Origin: Tubulanus polymorphus | Lineage: Eukaryota; Animalia; Nemertea | Reading direction: 5' to 3' | DNA: 64,000 nucleotides | Assembly (NCBI RefSeq): GCF_964204645.1 | Contig: NC_134027.1 | Location: 27,743,849 to 27,807,848 of the forward strand | In this document: positions 14,301 through 24,639 of the stretch, piece by piece | Layout: every line of letters starts with the position of its first letter | Numbering within the stretch: position 1 is the stretch's first letter | Made by a program: the position numbers and the translations under genes | The notes under the pieces: generated by a model | What the model was told of the DNA's origin: nothing | The model's database searches: none | Seen by the model: only the letters and a program-made list of their open reading frames with translations

Positions 14301-17300
14301 AAACCCAGCAGTAATGAATTAATTAATTCACTATTCATGACACGCAAATATTACTGACTCAATAAAATCCAGCCGTCAGGATTATTGATCACAGAAACTG
14401 CTTTTCCTTTGACGTCGTAACCCGCGACAAATCCACTGTTTCGACCCCAGTAAGCGGCTCCTATCTTCTGTGCTTTAACATTGAATGTATCAGCGCTCCA
14501 GTAGCCAGCTAGATCGTTACGATATATCAGTTCAGACGCTACAAATATTCAAATATACGTCAACATCTTGTGAATGAATTCAATAAATCAACTATTCAAC
14601 AACCATTCAAAATCTTAAAAACCTATTTAAGAGAAGAGAATCAAATCAAACGACGAGACACTAATGCTCAAGAGACTCTAGAAGATCGTCAACTCAAGGG
14701 AACATTTCCGACTTTATTTTTCATTATTATATGGTTGGTGGGATTCCGGTCCAACATCGGCCAGAGACTGGTCCAGCAGCGAGCAGAGACTGGTCCTGCA
14801 TCGGCCAGAGACTGGTCCAGCAGCGAGCAGAGACTGGTCCAGCAGCGAGCAGAGACTGGTCCTGCATCGGCCAGAGACTGGTCCAGCAGCGAGCAGAGAC
14901 TGGTCCAGCAGCGAGCAGAGACTGGTCCTGCATCGGCCAGAGACTGGTCCAGCAGCGAGCAGAGACTGGTCCAGCAGCGAGCAGAGACTGGTCCAGCATT
15001 AGAGATCGGTCCAGCATCAGCCAGAGACTGGTCCAGCAGCGAGCAGAGACTGGTCCAGCAGCGAGCAGAGACTGGTCCAGCATCGGCCAGAGACTGGTCC
15101 AGCAGCGAGCAGAGACTGGTCCAGCAGCGAGCAGAGACTGGTCCAGCAGCGAGCAGAGACTGGTCCAGCACCGGGCATATAGAGACCGGTCCAGCACCGG
15201 GCATTAGAGACTTCAGCACCGGGCAGAGACTAGTCTAGTACCTAGCCGTTGTTCGGAACCGTAACAACGACTGGTATTCAGACCAGGCAGAGACTGGCCC
15301 AGCAGGCACTAAACTGAAGTATTATGTGATTCATGTCCTGGCAAGTGAAGTTATCCGCTGTGGCACTACTTTACGATATATTTCCGATCCTGCTGTGGCA
15401 AGTAGGTCTGGTGTAACTCCACGTGCCAGGGTAGAAACAGCCTATAGCGAGGTGGCAGCACTATACGACGATATATACCTGTTATTCCTAGAAATCGATG
15501 AACTTGAAAATCAAACAACATCTTCCTCCAACAAACAAAATGTGCTACAGTAACCCCTGGTAACGTGACGCTGGCAGCACCTACTCTTATATCAGCAGCA
15601 GATCCACTGGATCCAATCGGAGTCATCTATAAATATACCGATATTCAAAAACAGTGACCACACCATAAACTGAAGAAACGCTAATTGGCTTTAGGGGAGA
15701 TACTTACGGAAACAGTTCGCACTGAACCGGTCTGTTTAACCCCATCCAAATACGCAGATAATTCACCATTCTTATAAACGAATCCAATATTGTGCCAGAA
15801 ATCTTTTTTAAATGTTGAAGATATCTCGATATCTTTCGCATTCGTTCCGTCAGAAACTGCAGCAGAGAAATTAATAAATTGTGTATTCTATTCTATTCCC
15901 CGTTACTTTATTTGTAACGATCAGATCTTAAAAACAACATTTAATTATTGTTTCTGTGAAGATTGGATTTCGATAAGATTCAGAAGAATGAACTTTACAC
16001 CATTAATTATAAATGACAGTTTCACAATTTACAAAACAAAATCCTCTGATATTTACTAACCTCTGATAATTGGTTTATCGGCTTTCCACAAGATGGCGTA
16101 ACCTTTCACCTGTGGCCCTCGCATCCCGGCCACGAGTATGACGGCTTCACCTGGAGCGTGGTTAATAACAGCGGGTACTTTTACCCACAACCCGACACTA
16201 AAACCCGTAGAACTACATGACGTCACATCTGAACAACAGTTCGGTCCAACAACCTACAAATATTACAAACATGTCGTCAATCGTGCAGAGCTGGTGGCAG
16301 AGTTTCCCTCTCGCTCTCTCGCTCCCTCCCATCGAGATTAACAAACATCAAGGTTCTCAATAAAAGGAGAGATTAAAATCAAAATGCTCTAGAGGGTCTA
16401 GGGAACAATTCCGAATTTATTTTTCATTATCATGTAGTTGATAGTGAAGCAGCAAGCAGCAAACAGAAATTGGTCCAGCACCGGGCAAACAGAGACTGGT
16501 CCAGCACCGGGCAAACAGAGACTGGTCCAGCACCAGGCAAACAGAGACTGGTCCAGCACCGGGCAAACAGAGACTGGTACAACACCGGGCAAACAGAGAC
16601 TGGTCCTCCAGCACCGGGCAAACAGAGACTGGTACAACACCGGGCAAACAGAGACTGGTCCTCCAGCACCGGGCAAACAGAGACTGGTACAACACCGGGC
16701 AAACAGAGACTGGTCCTCCAGCACCGGGCAGACAGAGATGGGGTTGAGGGGAACCTGCTGTGATGCTCAGTGGGTTCAGAAGTTATCATCAATAAAAAAA
16801 GACATCCTTACGAAGTAAGTGTGATATAAACTTACTGGGATTGAAGCATCGTTCGCTGGTAACATGAACGCCGTATCATTGAAACCTAGTAAACCTTGAG
16901 CCGAACTGGGAGACCCCGTATATGCGCCATTACTACTAGAATCGATAGGATTTAACTGCCAATAAAAATCAGCTGACGTGTAATATGGATTCAAACCTGA
17001 AATAAATAACAATATTAATCATTATCGCAGAGCTAGTGCTAATAAACATCATAAACATAGAACAGGTTATTGAAAAAAGTGCCGTAATAGAATTCTGTAA
17101 AAACGAAACGGCGACGGTTTCACCTGTTGACTAATAGACATAACCAGATGAATTCATCCCAAACAGAATGGATGAAACACCTATAAACTCATTTCACATA
17201 TTCATCAATTCCGTTTGAAGATGCTTCCGTTTATGGTTATTGTATTCTGATGATGGCCGTTTATTCAACAGTCGTCACATTGTGCGGTATCGTTTCAATA

Positions 17301-20196
17301 AATCTAATCGAATACAGTATATTATTGTGGGACTCTATCTGGGATAACAAACCTGCATCTTTATCAATCAACAGTCGACTGGTGTTACCATAGGGATAAG
17401 CCGGTTTCGGTGGCGGAGGTTTTACAGTCGTTACTAAAATAAATGAATAACAGATATCTAAAAATATTCAAATGAAGCCGAAATATGAAATATTGAATAA
17501 TCGAAAGACGACACTTACACGGTGGCATTGTGGGTAATCCATTCAATATGTAATCTGTAAATACATAGAATAAGAGCCATTAAATTATTGTAAATTCACT
17601 TGAAAACATTGCAAATTATACTGTCATCGATTTACTAATTCTGTCATGTTCCATGTATACCTATTGTAATTGTGTATTCTATCTAATTGAGGATGAATAA
17701 AGAATTAATAATCGTCGTACTTACTTAAAGCCCCGGTAACCATCACCAGTTGGTTATCACGTATTGGCCATTCCCAAATTGCGATCTCATCGATTTCCGC
17801 GTTAGTGATATCGACATAGTTACCACTAGAGTCTGTTCTACAACCAACATATAGATACACAGGGCGGCTTGTGATGGGTGTGGTTAATTGTTGACCTAAT
17901 CGATCTGAACCATAAATCACTCCATTCAACAACATCTGTATTGAAAAAAAAACATTTTCACTTCCTTGTTTTATGAATATTTCTCAAGGCTGGACTGAAA
18001 ATTCTATCGATTTGGGAAATTCCCTAAATCCATGATGGCGGCTAAGCTAATTAGCATAATATATTCAAATTATGATTAGCATATGCATATTGGAGTTCTC
18101 CGAGTGAAATTAGACTCAACAGAACATTAAAATTGAACCAATTTAAACTCTTAACAGTTACATCTGACTCTGCGGTCAACTGTGGAGATGGATTCCGATA
18201 GTACCGGTAATACAGTTACATCTGACTCTGTGGTCAACTGTGGAGATGGATCCCGATAGTACCGGTAATACAGTTACATCTGACTCTGCGGTCAACTGTG
18301 GAGATGGATCCCGATAGTCCCGGTAATACAGTTACATCTGACTCTGTGGTCAACTGTGGAGATGGATCCCGATAGTACCGGTTTTTACTTGTGGTTCTTA
18401 TTAACAATCAACAAGAATAAACCCAAACAAAACGATTTAAAACTATTTGTTGAATTACTCACATCTAACCCGTTACTTAAACTCCAGCGAATAGCGATAT
18501 GAATCCAGGTGTGGAGCGGGGAATCCCCGAGATTATCAGTCAATGATATTTGTATCGTCCATTTCTTGTTATTGGTAGAAAGTTGAGCGTGTAAATTAGT
18601 AGCGTCTTGGTAGACCCAGTAACCCTGATCAGCTCCTATCGAAATAGTACCAGACAAAAACTGACGACATTTTGCCTCTGAATTACAGTGACAACTACAT
18701 TGACATAGCCGATATTTAAATGAAAAATCCTGACACTGTTAGAACATAATCAAGATATTTCATCAATTGTAGAATTATTTCTAGGGCTGCTTTCTTGTAT
18801 AAGCTAAATGTTGCTTCAAAGCAGTCCCTCATTTAATATTATTACATCTTCAATCCATTTCCTTATTCATTAATTTTGTAAAAATTTTACTTGAAAATAT
18901 ATCATATCATATCATATCATATCATATCATATCATATCATATCATATCATATCATCATATCATATCATTAATCATTTCATCAATTGTAATTTTACCTAAA
19001 TTAGTTCAGGACGTGAAAATGACCGAAAATTCATTTTAGAATTTGCAGCTGTTACTTTTATCGTTGGACTTTGATTAAACTAGAGCAGATATTTTCGGAG
19101 AAGAAGTTTGATTAGTTTTTACCTGTAGAGAATATAGTTTTGATGCCGCTATTCCAGTTGAGGAATTTCACCCACATTCCTACAGTCAACCCGCTATAAC
19201 ACCATTCAGGCTGTACTGTACACCGGTGCTCGTTCGTAGGCGACTGTCCAAACGGATAAACCTTCAGACATGATTTCGTCACCGGATCGATATTGATTCC
19301 TTCGCCTAAAAAACTCTCTTTACTCAATTTCAAATTCGTGACGTCACTGATATCGAAACCGGATATTTGGCCGTCATTTTGAAACGTATAAGAACCGGAA
19401 GTCGTCTTAACCGAAGTCAGCGGGTAGTGAAAGTGTGCGGTCAAGTGATATCTTATATCTGAAAGTAATATTCACAGTTGATCAGTTGAATATTAACGAT
19501 TAATTATTAATTTATGTAAATAAGATGACTACATATATTACCTGATAAATCTATATCAGGCGGCGGACCGGGACCGGAACCGGAAACTGGAGTTATCGTC
19601 ACTTCAGTGGTTGTCGATTGCGTAGATGCGGTAGAATCTATTGCTGTAGATGTGGAATATATTGCTGTAGTTGTAATACCTGTAGATGAGGAGCCTGTAG
19701 ATGGAGAGCCTGTAGACGAAGAATCTGTAGATGGAGAGCCTGTAGACGAAGAGGCTGTAGATGTAGAGTCTGTAGATGAAGAGTCTGTAGATGAAGGCTG
19801 TGTAGATGTAGATTCTGTAGATGTAGAAGTTGTCGGACAATTTGAACTTCCGGGAGCACATGTCGTAGATGGAACCGTGGATGTTGAAGTAACGGCCAAA
19901 GTGGTTGATGTTAAGGTAGTTGTAGTCGGCTCTGGGGTAGTTGGTACCGTGGTAGTTGTAGTTGGTGGTGCGGTAGTTGCTTCTGTGGTAGTTGTAGTTG
20001 GTGGTGCGGTAGTTGCTTCTGTGGTTGTCGTAGTTGGTGGTGCGGTAGTTGCTTCTGTGGTAGTTGTAGTCGGAGCTGCAGTTGTTGTAGTTGCCTCGGT
20101 AGTAGTTGTAGTTGCCTCGGTAGTAGTTGTAGTTGCCTCTGTAGTAGTTGAAGTAGTTGTAGTTTCTACAAAAGACTCATCAATGACTAACAAATT
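2311..20196 (-). CDS. Multi-exon adhesion GPCR (ADGRD/GPR133-like): Thr/Ser stalk, ~6 LamG/pentraxin-like domains, GAIN/GPS, secretin-type 7TM
   Basis: GT-AG exons translate to a Thr-rich stalk (~19542-20196) and repeated C-x3-P-x2-C-x2-G-x-T/S motifs (~19200, 16220, 14210, 12030 degenerate, 10680, 9410). The GPS exon 5702-5825 reads [32 protein letters not shown]. TM exons lie at ~5521-5625, 4979-5081 (ERNFIHLNL), 4714-4862 (HYFYVATFAWLWIEG), 3759-3892 (CWLS..YAFIGP), 3584-3668, 3343-3468 (LLPVLGISW..FNTLQ) and ~2731-2884 (GVFIFIFYCL). The start codon/signal peptide is unresolved (candidate upstream exons 20337-20557 and 22122-22226). The last exon (2311-2455) is tentative; read-through gives a stop at 2668. 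Confidence 0.88.
2945..3185. repeat. Degenerate ~17-bp minisatellite (CAGACTGGACCCTTCT) in aGPCR intron
   Basis: Repeated unit visible directly. Confidence 0.85.
4058..4612. repeat. 64-bp minisatellite, ~8.7 copies, containing TAGGGTTAG
   Basis: Unit starts at 4058, 4122, 4186 and so on, with near-identical copies. Confidence 0.95.
5072..5195 (-). repeat. Tandem duplications of an aGPCR splice acceptor (4 copies of TTTTCAG|ACACCTGT)
   Basis: CTGAAAA on the + strand at 5082, 5116, 5150 and 5175. Confidence 0.85.
5305..5492. repeat. GC-rich degenerate minisatellite (TGGACCCCTG..)
   Basis: Visible repeat; explains ORFs 5280-5513. Confidence 0.85.
11085..11173 (+). mobile_element. Dispersed, mutated copy of the hammerhead-bearing repeat (Penelope-like pLTR end)
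   Basis: Near-identical to the 60123 unit but with core CTGAAGA>GTGAAGA, followed by the tail AAACATTTCAGACTCTTTTTATTCTT. Partial relatives at ~7586-7660, ~10961-11010, 26864-26896(-), 43444-43478(-) and 59891-59950(-). Confidence 0.75.
12230..12360. mobile_element. MITE with TIRs GGGCCAGTTGCA../..TGCAACCGGCCC, flanked by CTG (PIF/Harbinger-like)
   Basis: ~25-bp imperfect terminal inverted repeats and a 3-bp CTG flank on both sides. Superfamily assignment is inference. Confidence 0.75.
12976..13092. mobile_element. Palindromic MITE (CAGGGCCCGGTTTTATAAACTGGT...ACCAGTCTCTAAAACTGGGCCCTG)
   Basis: Long inverted repeat; a partial copy of one arm at ~9255-9299. Confidence 0.75.
14745..15240. repeat. 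~22-bp minisatellite (CAGAGACTGGTCCAGCAGCGAG) in aGPCR intron
   Basis: Visible repeat; produces four overlapping repetitive ORFs. Confidence 0.95.
16462..16738. repeat. Related ~26-bp minisatellite (CAGAGACTGGTCCAGCACCGGGCAAA)
   Basis: Same core as the 14745 array. Its left flank (GGGAACA.TTCCGA.TTTATTTTTCATTAT) also matches 14698-14730, so the two are paralogous insertions. Confidence 0.9.
18154..18382. repeat. 58-bp tandem repeat, 4 copies
   Basis: Unit starts at 18154, 18212, 18270 and 18328. Confidence 0.95.
18899..18968. repeat. (ATATC)n microsatellite
   Basis: Direct observation. Confidence 0.95.
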
Positions 20197-22184
20197 CTAA
20201 AACGATGAAACAACTGCTGTGAAAAGAAAGTATATTATTAGTGCGTTACTCTACGGACCTGGTTTGAAGTTAATGCCTTCTCTGTTTCAATACATCATCA
20301 CATGGACCAATAAATGAGTTATAAAAATTCACTTACCTCAAGTTTCATCATGAAAACCAACCCCCAAAAATTTCATGTTTTTTTTAAAACCAAATTTCTA
20401 TGATTTTTAGCGGGGAAATCGCCCTCGTTAAAATCAATTTTCGCAGTTTGCGATCGATAATTGAAACCACAGATAACTCTGACTCAAAACGGTGAAATAT
20501 TGATTATATTCTGGTTGATAATCGAAGTACACCATGTTCAGGAAAATCGATAAAACCTGAAAATAGAAAATAAATAAAACCATTCTATTTCTATCATAAA
20601 GAGTGAGTTTCTTTTTTTCATAGAAAATTCAATTTTCAATTATAGAAAATCTAATTTCTAATAGAAAGTTAAATTCGTCTAAATTTCGATTTGCCTAATT
20701 CAGTGCAATGCTATAGACTCCAATAGACTTTTTATCTTGATTCTCTACTTTATAATCATCAGTTTTCATAAGTTCATTGATTATTCGATACCGAACTCTT
20801 TTTTATGACAAACTCCTATCAATAATAAACGCTTCGTAGTTTGTTTTAAACATCATTAGATGAACGTACTTTGTATATTTATAATTACATTTTTATGGTG
20901 TAAAAATAATGAATTATTTAATTTCTAACAGAAAGATTCAATTAAAAAACGTTAATTTCAATCTGATCGAAAACGAAACGTTCTCGGGACAATAGAAAAT
21001 GTTGTTCAGCAGTTTTCTTTTTCCATCCAGAGGAAACTAAAATGAAATTCACATTTTGGCGTCATCCAGATTTATTAAACTTAAATTTGTTCATTAGAAT
21101 CCAAAGCGGTTTATTTTGAATAAATTCATATTTATCACTCCTAATATTTTGTAGCAATTGCATAAACTTGATTTGATGTTTTATCGAGATGAATTTTCAT
21201 GGTCCGAAGTGGATGAATTTAAAAAAGAGAAAATATAATTTTCTAATGGAAAATTTGAATTAGAAAATTTTCGTCTAATCGAAAATGAAACGTTCTCTCT
21301 GAACACAATAGAAAATGTTGTTAGCATTATCTGCAGTTTTCTTTTACCCCAGAGGAACTGAAATGAAATTCATATTTTGGCGTTATGCAGATTTATTTTC
21401 TGGCGTCCTGAGGGCATCAAAATACGATTTTTAAATTTTCCCAACGAATATTTTCAAAAAACCATGATGCAGATTTCGTCGGGACCTCGGGACAAAGAAA
21501 ACCTTTTCTAAAGTTTCGTGCACATTCTCCAAAACAATAGAAGAAAGTTATTTTTCCACATAATAGAAATTTTTTGACGTTTTAGGATTGTAGACAAATG
21601 GAATTTTCTATTTCTGACATCAGGCTGCGCATTTAAAACAGTTCGAACACATCAAACCTCGAATTATTCTCATTTATTGCTGTCTATAAACATCTTATTA
21701 AGAATATCTATTTAATTTGCGATTGAAAAAATTAACGAAGGCTCAGATAAAACACGATTTTTAAAACGCAGTATATATATAAAGTTATTTATAAAGTAAA
21801 AATTATTTAACCATACAGAAAATTGATTTTGTAAAAAAAACTAACCTCAATTACAAAATCTCACTTAATATCAAAATCCAATTCAACAGTTCCACAGCTT
21901 CTGGATTCCACAGTTACTGGATCCAAGTATTGAAATTTTAATCTTTAAAACGTTTGAAATCAACTAATTTTAGTCTTAGATTCAAACTTTATAACTGACA
22001 ACTGTTGAACTGGATCCAAGAAAAGTTACAAAATTATACCGAAAAGAAGACATCGTCCTTTTTACAATAGTTTCTATGATAACCAGGATTAAGAATTGAG
22101 AGAATTTATAAATGAACTTACCGACAAAGAGAGAGAGAGAGAGAGAGAAGTGACGACTACACTTCTATACAGCTGCAACTCTGT

Positions 22185-22320
22185 TCGCAGACTGAACTGA
22201 TCGTCCAACACTTGCGCGATTTGCATATTCTATCGTCACGTGACCGCATCCAACCAATAGAACACCATTAAACCGAATTCTCGCCGCATTTACATAATTC
22301 AGCGTCACGTGATCGAACTA
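22185..22320 (-). promoter_or_regulatory. Candidate promoter/first exon of the adhesion GPCR
   Basis: Minus-strand donor GTAAGT below 22122, TCAGT initiator-like motifs near 22190-22200, ATGCAAAT octamer, two TCACGTGA E-boxes (22236, 22305) and CCAAT at 22254. Confidence 0.4.
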
Positions 22321-23107
22321 TCGTTTTGATAAAACCGGTGCATTGCGCGATTAGCATAAAACGGAATGAGCATTCTCTCGAGAGTAAGCCTTACTGGATC
22401 ACCGATACCAGTTACTATATCCAGGATCCTACAGTCACTGCTGCAGGTGTGGTGTGCGTGGACCGCTTTACGCTGGGAAGTTTAAACTTATACCGCGTTC
22501 TGTTTCAAAGCTTCTTAATGAAACAGTTTTCGTTTGCAACATTTTCAAGAGTCTCTGTCCGTTTAGAAATTAAAATTCACTTTTCAAATTGAATCCATTA
22601 CGAACAAACAATAACTGCTGCTCGGCTCCGAAATGAGTGCACAGTTTCCACAGGTATCAGCTTCCAGCTTCCTCCTCCAGATCGTATCATAGCAACCAGT
22701 GATGCTTGTCTCGGATGTCCTGAGTTCATGCTGCTGCTGCTGCTGCTGCTGCTACGAACGAATTGTTGATAATGGATTCAACTCTAATATCAAACATTTA
22801 TTATTTCACATGAAAATGTTGCTTCATTTCGAATTATTTGTGAAAACGATTAGAGGCCCCATCCCGAGTGGATCAGGGTTCTAAACGGGTTAGAACTTCT
22901 TCATACAGAACGTAACTGGTCAGTTATCTAAATTAAAAGGTCTTTCATTTCAAATATATGATATTGTGACCTTTGAAATATGTACGGATGAGTTACGACA
23001 GCACTAAATTCAGGTCAAGTCTCATGAGACCACACCTGACTGGTCACCGCAGCTAAATGGGTCACCCACACTGACCAGACAAACTTACAATCACTTCGGA
23101 TCACTAC

Positions 23108-23180
23108 TGGTCTATGGTCTAGTGGTTAGAATGCTCGACTGGCATGCTCGAGGTGACAGGTTCGAGTCTTGCCAGGGTTA
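23108..23180 (+). pseudogene. tRNA-like sequence (tRNA pseudogene or SINE head) followed by TTAGGG-like repeats
   Basis: Pol III A box TGGTCTAGTGG (23115) and B box GGTTCGAGTC (23159), CTCGA/TCGAG stem with a 9-nt loop, poorly paired acceptor stem. Confidence 0.6.
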
Positions 23181-24179
23181 TGGCCCATCTAGGGTTAGGG
23201 TTAGGGCCGAGCTAGGGTTAGGGTTACGCGTAGGTGGTGTTAGGCTTAGGGACAATCAAGGTTAGGGCCGATCTAGGGTTAGAGTTATGGATCACTGGTT
23301 TTTGGGTGACGGATCACTAATTTTTGGCCGGAATTGTTTTCTTAAATCAAAGATACTTGTTATCAATAGCGCTACGTGATGTTATATCAAATCTAGCCAC
23401 TAAGTAGAATAAACACAGTCCAAAATGGTTTGTTTTTTTATTCAATTATTTTCATTCATCATTCATCAAACCCGGACAACATTAATTGTAGTCAATTTGT
23501 TCATTAATATACAAAAGATGACTCTGGATTTCCCCTAAAATGGATGAATTCTGTTGGTCCCAATGATCCGAATTAAGCGGATTCAACTGTAGTCATCTCG
23601 GGGAAACGCTCGTCTTCAGTATTCGTAAGATGTCTTTTACCGCTACCATATTTGTTTGATGCTTTAAAGAAAATCCTTTCATTTTTGGCGCTTTCAACAT
23701 CTTTAACACCTACACTATTCATCTTAATGAAAAGGGGTTGGAGGTCAGATCAATCTCTATTCAACTAGTTTTATATCAATTAATACTTGTTGATTATTCA
23801 ATGAAGCTGCTGTATCTGGAGGTATCACAACTTCAGCCGATATCGGTTCTACTCAATAATACTTTCCAATAAGCGTTACCTGCATTATTTATACGTAAAA
23901 CTCCATCACCATGGTGATCTAATATGGCTGTCATTAACGGTTTTGAAATTGTCCCATTAGCTGCTGAAAATCGATAGAAAAATTACGAAACCAGACACTT
24001 ACTGTGGCAGGCGACATTTCATAAACAAATTCATGTATCATCAGTTCACTTCCTCGAAACATTCAGACTCCATTAGTATGTGTTAATTGTGGACGATAAG
24101 TTTGGGAAAGTGAGCTGATAAAATGTTTAATGTATGGTAGGCCTATTTGTAGAAGGGGTCCAGACTGAGGAAGGAGAAT

Positions 24180-24428
24180 CCAGCCTGATGAAGGGGTCCT
24201 GAATGAGGAAGGGGTCCTGAGTGAGGAATGGGTCCTGAATGAGGAAGGGGTCCTGAATGAGGAATGGGTCCTGAATGAGGAAGGGGTCCTGAATGAGGAA
24301 GGGGTCCTGAATGAGGAAGGGGTCCTGAATGAGGAAGGGGTCCTGAATGAGGAAGGGGTCCTGAATGAGGAAGGGGTCCTGAATGAGGAATGGGTCCTGA
24401 ATGAGGAATGGGTCCTGAATGAGGAAGG
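24180..24428. repeat. 18-bp minisatellite (CTGAATGAGGAAGGGGTC), ~13 copies
   Basis: Direct observation. Confidence 0.95.
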
Positions 24429-24639
24429 AGGTCGATCCGCTTAAAACGCACAGATACAAACAACAATTGTTGATAATTTATCTACATATCTGTATTCAAA
24501 CGATATTTCATTCGTATGAAGTTTTAAATGCACGAAAGCTGATAAATAAAATAGGTTCCAGTTTTTTCTCTTCTGTCGCACAAATCTTCTTGAATTATGC
24601 AAATGAACTGATGACGTCATTGTAACCCTGGGTGATGAG

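Noticed and set aside
14570-16818. Overlapping 90-220-aa repetitive ORFs on both strands
   Set aside because: Products of intronic minisatellites.
19607-20200. Val-rich + strand ORF
   Set aside because: Antisense shadow of the Thr/Ser-rich aGPCR exon.
20920-21400. Imperfect ~150-bp direct repeats as LTRs
   Set aside because: No TG..CA ends, PBS, TSD or coding interior; looks like an old local duplication.
23108-23180. Functional tRNA gene
   Set aside because: The acceptor stem barely pairs and the anticodon loop is 9 nt.
23189-23290. True telomere or fusion scar
   Set aside because: Only 2-3 consecutive TTAGGG units, interrupted and in a single orientation.
23780-23965. Possible extra coding exon on the minus strand
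   Set aside because: An acceptor is present, but the frames I read are short and unrecognisable; more likely UTR or noise.
24127-24466. FLIQDP / PHSGPL repeat ORFs
   Set aside because: 18-bp minisatellite downstream of the CDK10 stop, with no splice or domain support.
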